Assembly (NCBI RefSeq): GCF_004010195.1 | Contig: NC_057719.1 | Location: 88,067,352 to 88,131,351, forward strand | Direction: 5' to 3' | Source: Chiloscyllium plagiosum | Lineage: Eukaryota | DNA length: 64,000 nucleotides | Shown: piece by piece, positions 55,276 through 64,000 of the stretch | Position numbering within the stretch: the stretch's first letter is position 1 | Layout of the letters: each line of letters begins with the position of its first letter | Translations under genes and position numbers: made by a program | Notes under the pieces: generated by a model | Seen by the model: only the letters and a program-made list of their open reading frames with translations | Told to the model about the DNA's origin: nothing | Databases searched by the model: none

Positions 55276-55485
55276 TATGCCTAAAGATGAGATGTCAACC
55301 TGGTGAAGCAACAACACAGGCCTACTTGTGTGCCAAAAGGGTAAGTAGCATATGATAGAGCCAAATGATTTCACAACCAATGGATCAGATCAAAGTTTTG
55401 CAATCTTGCCGCATCCAAGCTTGATTAGTGATGGATAATTAAATCGATTAACAGGAGGAGGAGATGGCTCCATAAATATTTCCAT

Positions 55486-56133
55486 TGTTATGGACTAGAC
55501 CAAACCCCCTCAAAACATTGCAAGGAGGCAGCCTATACTCTAACTTTTATGAGAGGCACTGCATTCCAGATGTCATTTGATTAGTCAAATTACTAGGTTT
55601 TAAGCAAAACACATTTTATTCTTACATCACTGTTAAAATACAAACAAAAAAAAAGGAATTGGCATAACCTGAACTCTATTGAAATATTTAACAAAATAAT
55701 ATTATTTAACTACTATTCATCAACTGTTCCAATATAACAGTATCCGATAAACACACCCTTGAAAAAGGCAAATTCAGCAAAACAGATCTCCCTCACTTAC
55801 TATCTCCTCCAGTCCAGGAAAAAGAACCTCAGCAGAATGAATCTAGCAGCAGAGAGAGAACTCAAACTTGTGCAGCTGCAGACAGAGAGAGAGAGAGAGT
55901 TGTGTCCAGCAGCTTCAACTCCAAAACCCCAACTTCAAACAACTAAAACCCAGGGTGTGCATGAACCTGACTCCAGCCATTATTTGTCTAATTTAAAAAA
56001 CAAAGTTATTTACTCAGCTTTCCATAGAGCAGAGACTTAATCACCAGGTTTACAACACTCCTCTTCATGAGAAACACATCTAAACAACCTATTCACCTTA
56101 TCTATGTCCCTCTTAAAGGCACATGTCATCACA
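55486..56133. mobile_element. Probable solo LTR
   Basis: TG...CA ends (tgttatgg...catcaca) with flanks ccat/ctat. It interrupts a host LINE-like sequence and has AATAAA on the - strand. Confidence 0.5.
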
Positions 56134-58621
56134 CTATTTTCAATGAAGGGGATGCCCAACACAAAAATGCAAAAGAAATAGTGGAAGTATTTGCCTTCAC
56201 CCAAATGTATAAAGTGGGTGATCTATTTTGGTGTCCTCTGGAGAGCCACAGTATCACTGATGCCATTATTCAGCCAAAATGATTTATACAGTCAGAGTCA
56301 TATAGCATGGAAGTTATAGCTTTCCCAATCAATATCAGGAAAGTTAAAGTCCCCATAACAACCACCCTATTACTTTCACTCTTCTCTTGAATCATCCTCG
56401 CAATCCTTTCTTCTACGTTTCTAGGACTATTAGGAGGCCTGTAAAAAAACTCCTAACAGGGTGAGCTCACCTTTCCTATTCCTAACCTCAGCCCAAACTA
56501 CCTCAGATGGCGAGCCTTCTTCCATCGTCATTTCCACAGCTGTAATACTATCTTTGACAAGCAATGCCACACCTCCCCCTCTTTTACCCCCAGCAGGTTC
56601 CAACAAACAGCAGTGTGGAAATGATCAGGTGATCTGTTTCTCATGAAGTTGACTGGGGGCTAAATATTGGTCAGATCTCTATGAAGAATGACTCTGCTTT
56701 TATTTTTGAAATAGTGTCATGGATCTCTCAAAACTACCTGAAAGGGCAGACAGATTTAACACCTCATTTGATAAACAGCATCTCTGACAGTGCAGTGCTC
56801 CCTCAGCACTGCAGTGTGTGCATTAGCCCAAACCTCGTCACTGGATCAGATTTGAAACAATATACTTCTGATTTCAGAGTCAGTAGTTTGCATGTTGAGT
56901 TTGCATTTTCACTGCTGCGAAGGTGCCATCCTTGGCTCTGTGACTTACTTGCATGTCCCTGAGTTAAAACCTGTGATTCAAGCTCAACTCCAGATGCTTA
57001 AGTGAACAGTCCAACCTGTTCCTGCCACCACCTTCAACAATTACTTCCTTCATCACTATATTATGTGATCCAACAACTCATCAAAGCTTCTTTGACAACA
57101 CTTTTCAAACCTGTGACTGCTACCATCTGGAAGAACCAGGGCAGCAGATACATGGGAACACCAGCACATAAAGGTTCCCTACAAGCGACTCGCCATTTTG
57201 ACTTGGAAATATATCACCATTCACTGTCACAGTGAATCCCTTCTTCACAGCACTTTGCATGTCTCTTCACACCAAGGTATGCTGTAGTTCAAGATAATAG
57301 CTTACCACCACCTTCTCCCTTTAATATACTACTTTGTAACCTAAGCTGTACTCATTTTAAACTTCAAATACATATTCATTCACAAATAAGTCAAACAAAG
57401 ACAGTTTGACAGAGGTGATAAATGTAGACGGGGAAAACAAATTATGTAGTTTGGGTCCAGAACGCAATGGTGAGATTTGTTGTTTCTCTCAGTTCTTTTA
57501 AGTTTTGTTTTAAAGTAAAGGTGACTCAATATTGCCTGAAGAACAATGATTGTTCTTAAATTCAGTAGCTGTTTGGGTGGCCTAGGTCTTATTTTGAATT
57601 TGAATTCTTTCTTTTCAAAGTTTTCAACTTCTACCCCTTCACTCACCAAGAGAAATGGTAAGGAATACTTATTTGCAAACTTCTAGATGTCTCTGAGTAT
57701 ACTGCACAGATCTGTAACAGACTGCAGCTGCACCAATCCAAAGGCTGTCTCTTGACTCAAAAACTCCTGGTACCATTCTCTCTCAAAATAGCCACTTCGC
57801 TTCCCCAAAAAGTAACATAATCTTTGCAGCTAAAGTGCGCACAACATAAACCCACTTGATTTTCAAAACTCTGCTAGTGCTTTTTAGCCATATGACCTAA
57901 CCTCCACAGTTTTGTACGGAAGGGAGTTACACAGACTGAGAGAAAATTTTCTGTTCTTCCACACTGTAAATTGGAGTTCTCTTATTTTTTTCAACTCCGT
58001 CTCTAGTCTGCCCATAAGAGGCTAATTCCTCCTGGTATTGAATCCCCTCAAGATCTTGCATGTTTTAATAGGATCACCCTTTTGTTCTTGTAAGTCCTTG
58101 TAGGTATAGGCCCAACCTATTCAGCATTTCTTCAGAGATAAGCATTTAATCCCAGGAATGAGTCAGGTGAACCATCTTTGAACTGCTTCTAGCATAGCTA
58201 TATCCTTTTTCAAATAAGAAAGCCAAACAGTACTAGATGTGGTCTCACCAAGGCCCAGTGCTGCTGTGGTAAAATGCCCCTGTTTTTATGTTCCATTCTT
58301 GAATTAAGCTCTAATATCTCCTTTTTCCTTTCTAATCCTTTGCTGTAATCGTGTGCTAACTTTTGATGTATTTTCAATCTGCAATCCCATTCCTGTGCAT
58401 AGTGACCTCCACATCTTTCTTGCCAAAATGAATTATTTGCCAATTGTTTGCTTATTTTGTGGTTTATTAATGTCCTCTTGTGATTTATAGAGTTTTTTTT
58501 TAGATTAGTTTAGATTACTTACAGTGTGGAAACAGGCCCTTCTGCCAAAATGAATTATTTGCCAATTGTTTGCTTATTTTGTGGTTTATTAATGTCCTCT
58601 TGTGATTTATAGAGTTTTTTT

Positions 58622-58934
58622 TAGATTAGTTTAGATTACTTACAGTGTGGAAACAGGCCCTTCGGCCCAACAAGTCCACACCGACCCGCCGAAGCGCAAC
58701 CCACCCATACCCCTACATGTACCCCTTTTTACTAACACTATGGGCAATTTAGCATGGCCAATTCACCTGACCTGCACATCTTTGGACTGTGGGAGGAAAC
58801 CGGAGCACCCGGAGGAAACCCACGCAGACACGGGGAGAATGTGCAAACTCCACACAGTCGCCTGAGTCGGGAATTGAACCCGGGTCTCTGGCGCTGTGAG
58901 GCAGCAGTGCTAACCACTGTGCCACCGTGCCGCC
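58622..58934 (-). mobile_element. Young HE1-like SINE
   Basis: Near-consensus full-length copy. Confidence 0.92.
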
Positions 58935-58939
58935 CACAG

Positions 58940-59925
58940 GTATAGAGTCAGACAGCACAGAAACTGACCCTTTGGTCCAATTCATCCACGCTGAGCAGAT
59001 TACCCAATCTGACCTTGTCCCACTTGCCAGCATTTGGCCCATATTTGTCTATGCCCTTTTAAATCTTGTATTTCTATCTGCCAGCACCACTTTCTCTGGT
59101 AGCTCGTTCCATACATGAACCACCCTCTGTTTTGTGATAACCCTTCTCAATGTTGACTCCCTCCAATTTAGTGACATCCACAATTTGGAAATTGTGTTTT
59201 TGATTCCAGTGTCTCAATTGTTTCTGTATATTGTGACTAGCAGTAAATCCAGTAGAGAGCCATATGAAACATCAGTTCCTACCTTCAGCCTCTCTGACTC
59301 CTGATCTCTGCTGTCCGTCTTGAATGCCAGATAGCAATCCTTCTGCTACTCAAATATATTTAATGATCCATTGGAGAAGAGAACTCTGAACATTACCTGT
59401 CCTAGGAGGAGAAATTCCTCCTCCTCTTCACCTTAAAAGGGAGACCTTAGTTTGAAATTGTTCTCCTTCATTCCAGGCTTCCCCATCAATGGAAATATCC
59501 TCTCAAAACTGTGTCAAGCCCAAGCCTGCTTAGGATCTTTTATGTTCCCCAAGATCACATAACTGGACTAATCTTTTGAGTCATGTTAGTGAAGGCCTTT
59601 TGAAGATAAGTTACATCCACTGCATAATCTCTAGTCCAGAACTAGAGGGCATTGGTTTAGGGCGAGAGGGGAAAGATTTAAATTGGACCTAAGTGGCAAT
59701 GTTTTCACGCAAAGGGTGGTGCATGTGTGGAATGAGCTGCCAAAAAAAGTGATGGAGGCTAGTACAACATTTAAAAGGCATCTGGATGGGTTATATGAAT
59801 AGGAATGGTTTAGAGAGATATGGGCCAAGTGCTGGCAAATGGGACGAGATTAATGAGGATATCTGGTCAGCATGGATGAGTTGGACCAAAGGGTCTGTGT
59901 CCGTGCTGTACATCTTTATGACTCT
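58940..59925. mobile_element. CR1 3' fragments (- 58940-59130, + 59630-59925)
   Basis: CR1 tail similarity. Confidence 0.8.
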
Positions 59926-60815
59926 TATCTAATCTGTATTAGTTTTCTCAGGAGGAAATATGGCCAACAAGAACATTTCTTTTTGAAATCCATGATTGCT
60001 CTTCATTTTTTCCCTCACTTGTAGATGTTCTTCTATTCTCTTCAGCTAGTCAAAGGCAGGGAGATTTCTATCAGCACTGGGGAATGATACCAGTGGCATC
60101 TCTGAGGTGTTAATATCTTTATCAGAATTTGGAGCTAGTGTTGTTATGCACAATAGCTAAAGATGTAGGTAACACAAAGCTCTTGCAGGAAGCTCTTAAA
60201 GATGAACAGAATTAGCTATTTAAGCGCCTTAGGAATTGAATAGAAACAATATTTTAATGGTCAACCTCCGCTGACAATGAAAGCAGTTACTATTAATTCA
60301 CTTAAATGTAAATCAGATCACTTCCAGAAAATTCTCTTTTGGGATCCAGTATGTGAGTAATGTGAAACATGACATTGAAAGAGACCTGCTAATCTATGTT
60401 TCTCAAAGGTATGTGTCTCTCTCTCTCTCTCTCTGTGGTTTCCTTAGCTCATGTCTGGGTTCATTCTAATCTATGAGAGATATTGATAATGAAGAATAAT
60501 CAATAACTTTGTCACTGCATAAGGCATCGATCAGGTTGATAGAAAGCAAATTTGATTCACGGTCTAATTTCATCTTTAAAACTTGCACAACAGCACTTTG
60601 TAGTCCGACAGGTTATTTGGAAGCACTAGCTTTCAGAGCACTGCTCCTTCACATAGCTGTGGAGCAGGATCATAAGACACAGAGTTTATAGCCAAAGACT
60701 ACAGTGGTCATGCAACTGGAACGATATATTAAACAAATCTAGACTGCTGTTAGACTTAGCAGCTGGGACTGTCAGTATGTGAGGGGTGATTGTACTGTAT
60801 TCAATTGTTTTGCAG

Positions 60816-60996
60816 GGAGATATTGGAGAAAGGGGATTGCAGGAGCCGAATCGAGGCCTTGTCATGTATTGGTCAGCTTGGTGTGATGACTGGAAAACTG
60901 ATGCCGAGCTTCCTCGCCTGTTTCAGTGATGATTTTGTTGGTGTGAGGCGAGAGGCATGCCTGACAGCTGGTTTGTTGAAGATAAAGGATGAGCAG
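60816..60996 (+). CDS. HEATR4: HEATR4 coding exon 10 (gene continues beyond the window)
   Basis: Acceptor ttgttttgcag|, phase 2. Encodes RIEALSCIGQLGVMTGKLMPSFLACFSDDFVGVRREACLTAG. Donor CAG|GTAGGA. No stop codon is reached. Confidence 0.93.
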
Positions 60997-61619
60997 GTAG
61001 GAACAGTACTCATTTACTCTGAGGTTCTGCCTTCGTTAAGCAAGAATCTTTAACAGTGATCGGAGCAGGATTCCCAGTTAATCCTGCTGCCTGCCTGCCA
61101 TCAAGATGCACAGGGGAGCAGAAAGCAGGTTTGACTGCGCATAGTTAAAAACTGAACATGTTGAAAACAGAAAAAGCTGGAGAAACTCTGCAGGTCTGGC
61201 AGCTGCTGACTGAGCCGTGGCCACTCACCACCTGACCAATTGAAATTCTCAAAACCATGTAAAAGCACACCACATGGGTGACTGCTAGAGACTGGGCACC
61301 AGTCTCTGATACCTCACATCAACAGTGTCAAACAGCCAGGCAGCTATTTATTTGCCCACTGGCAGAAGGAGTACTCAACACACCCATGTTTCACAATCAG
61401 GGACAGCAAAGGCCCTTGACTCCCAGATAACCCCTAGAAACGTCCCCCACTTACTTTTGGTCAACTGCACAAAATGGGAGTGGTCGGAAGTATCCCAGGT
61501 AACTACTGGAAAGAATCCATGTAACGTAAATCCCAGGAGAGTGAAGATTAATGACAGAGTTTAATGCCACAGCGAGTGACCTTGCTTCCGCTGAAGCTCA
61601 TACCCTACCCCATAGCCAA

Positions 61620-62250
61620 GTCGCCAACCTTCTAGACTCCATCCCTCAAAAGCCTACATGAACCTTTTTGCGAAGACCCACAAACAAGACTACCCCCTAG
61701 AAGTATCATTATTTCAGCCTATGAGCCACAAAACTGATTTCTTCCCATTTTGATTCTATATTTTTTTCTCCTTTTGTCTGGTCTGTCCTCTTACAATGCT
61801 GTCTGCCACTTCCAACAGTTTCCTGTATACCAAGTCATAACCAACTCCTCTTCATTATGGATGGTCTCCAGTAGCTCCACTTCTTCCACAATGGAGGTCT
61901 AATTTACCACCACCTTCCTCCAACTTGTTCACATATTGTACAATCTCTCCTTCAACTCTATTCACTCCCTTCAAACAGAAGGGCATTGCTACAAGGCACT
62001 TGTTATGCGGTGTTTCTGAAATATGTGAGGCATTCCTTTTCTCAGTCTTATTCAGTTCATTTTCTCGTACATCGGTGATGTCATTGGTGCAATTTCCCTG
62101 AGCTAGAAAGTTCCTTTAATGTTACTTCCAATCTTCATCCTTCTCTTACTTTTACTTGGTCAATGTCTCATTTCATGTCCCATTACATCTTCTGCTGATC
62201 TTACTACATCAACACTTTCCTTATTGAAATTTTCCCGTCTTCCTCTCTAT
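61620..62250 (+). mobile_element. Decayed Penelope-like RT fragment
   Basis: Remnants resembling FNS.H.LQT.GIA and YI(G/D)DVIG. Confidence 0.5.
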
Positions 62251-62551
62251 CTCAGACCTGGCCTTTGGCTCCTTTTCGCACTCTCACCTTTAATTTCAGA
62301 TTTGTTGTAGTTTTATTTCTATGGCCTAGAACCTGAACACATGCCCTCCAAATGAAAGAAAGACTATTTAGGACTGAGACACGGAGGAAATACTTCACCC
62401 AGAGGCTGCTAAATCTTTGGAATTCTGTACTCCAAAAGGCCGTGTCAGTGATTAACTATCCTCAAGATAGTGATTCGATAGATTTCTGTGTGTTAAAAAT
62501 TTCAAAAGATATGGGGATTGTGTGGAAATAAACTACTGAGGTAGAAGATCA

Positions 62552-62732
62552 ACTCGGCGGAAGTGGGTACTGCAGATGCTCAAGACTAGAGTGGTGCTGG
62601 AAAAGCACAGCAGGTCAGGCAGCATCCGAGGAGCAGGAAAATCCCGATGAAGAGCATTTGCCTGAAACGTCGATATTCCTGCTCCTCAGATGCTGCCTGA
62701 CCTGTTGTGCTTTTCCAGCACGACTCTAATCT
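62552..62732. mobile_element. Penelope-derived fold-back element inside a CR1 tail
   Basis: 15-bp TSD tgaggtagaagatca at 62537-62551 and 62733-62747, with inverted arms. Confidence 0.88.
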
Positions 62733-63189
62733 TGAGGTAGAAGATCAGCCATGACCTAATTGAGTAGTGAAACAGGCTCGAGGGCCAAATGACCTACTCC
62801 CATTAGCTATTTCCCACGTTTCTCAATGACCAAGTTGTTAACTTCTCACAATGTGGATATGCCTGACCTGTCAACGTTCAAGCATTTATTATGACAGGGG
62901 TCAACTTCACTCGTGCTTCAGATGCAACAGCAGCACTCATGCATTCTCTATGCAAAGGCAACTTCATGCAATGGGGATTCTCATTCCAGTGAGAAACACC
63001 AAAACTTACTTTGCTGCTTGGTTCTGTCTGACTGCCTTGACATGAGGTGCTAAAGGTTAGTGACCTGCCTCCAAAATTCCCAAATCCAGTGATGAGCACC
63101 AAAAACAAATGTAGAGTACTTCAGGACCTTTCTCAGCTAAAAACAACTTTAAAACATTGTTAAAATGACAAATCCAATGAAGTTTCAGT

Positions 63190-63720
63190 TATAGATTCAC
63201 AGACCTTTCGGTCCAACCGTAATCCCAAACTAAAATGGTCCCACCTGCCTGCATTTAGCCCATATCCCACCAGACACTTTTTATTCATGTACTTAACCAG
63301 ATGTCTTTTAATCATTGTAACTATACCGGCATCCATTACTTCCTCAGGAAGTACATTCCACACACAAGTGTGTAGGAAGTTCTTTACGCAGGGGTGGTGG
63401 GTGTCTGGAGTGTGTTGCCAGCGGGGGTGTAGAGGTGGACACAATAGCATAATTTAAGATGTATCTAGACAGATACATGAAGGGGCAGGGAGCAGAAGGA
63501 TACAGATCCTTAGAAAATGGATGACAGGTTTAGGTAGAGGATCTGCGTCAGTGCAGGCTTGGAGGGCCAAAGGGCCTGTCCTTGTGCTGTAATTTTCTTT
63601 GTTCTTTGAAACACTCTCTGTGTAAACAAAAAAAATTACTCCACATGTCTTTTTTAAATCTTTCTCCTCTCACCTTAAAAATGTATCTCCTAGTCTTGAA
63701 ATCCCCCACCCTAAGGAAAG
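63190..63720. mobile_element. CR1 3' tail (-) interrupted by a CR1 3' tail (+, about 63370-63610)
   Basis: Two CR1 3' UTR types in opposite orientation. Confidence 0.75.
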
Positions 63721-64000
63721 GTTCGCCAGGCTATGTCTAGTGGTAAAAGCTGACCAGTGCAGGCACAGCATCCACTAACCACCTTCTGTCACTAAGTGAA
63801 GCTGAAGACTTCAGTACAAGTTCAGAGCAACATTCAGTTCAGATAGAGACACCAGCTGACTATAAAGGTATAAACAAAGGAATTTATACAGGAGCCCTGG
63901 AGTGCATGTGGTTGTGAAGAGAGACTGAGAACAGGGGCTAGAATGGGGGAGCAGTGGTTGGGAGACAGAGAAGGATGTGGGGAGTAAGGTCTTGAAGATA

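Overview
Vertebrate genomic DNA, most likely a cartilaginous fish (shark), inferred from HE1-type SINEs, CR1/HER1-type LINEs and Deu-domain SINEs. One protein-coding gene is supported. It is the 5' part of HEATR4 on the + strand: a putative non-coding first exon in a small CpG-rich promoter with an RFX X-box (about 10.0 kb), then 10 coding exons (14912-60996) that splice in phase into an uninterrupted 739-codon frame. The gene continues past the window end. The HEATR4 call rests on recalled similarity to the human protein, not a database search. The rest is mostly decayed retroelements (CR1, HE1 SINE, Penelope-like, Rex1, RTE, Deu-SINE), possible solo LTRs, a small TA-flanked MITE, minisatellites and one N gap. 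The most interesting signal is a family of at least 11 short, often fold-back, Penelope-derived insertions. They have 10-15 bp target-site duplications, and most carry a minimal hammerhead-ribozyme core (CUGANGA...GAAA..UH). Two other Penelope subfamilies keep the same fold with different sequence. Nearly all short ORFs in the track are repeat-derived or chance.
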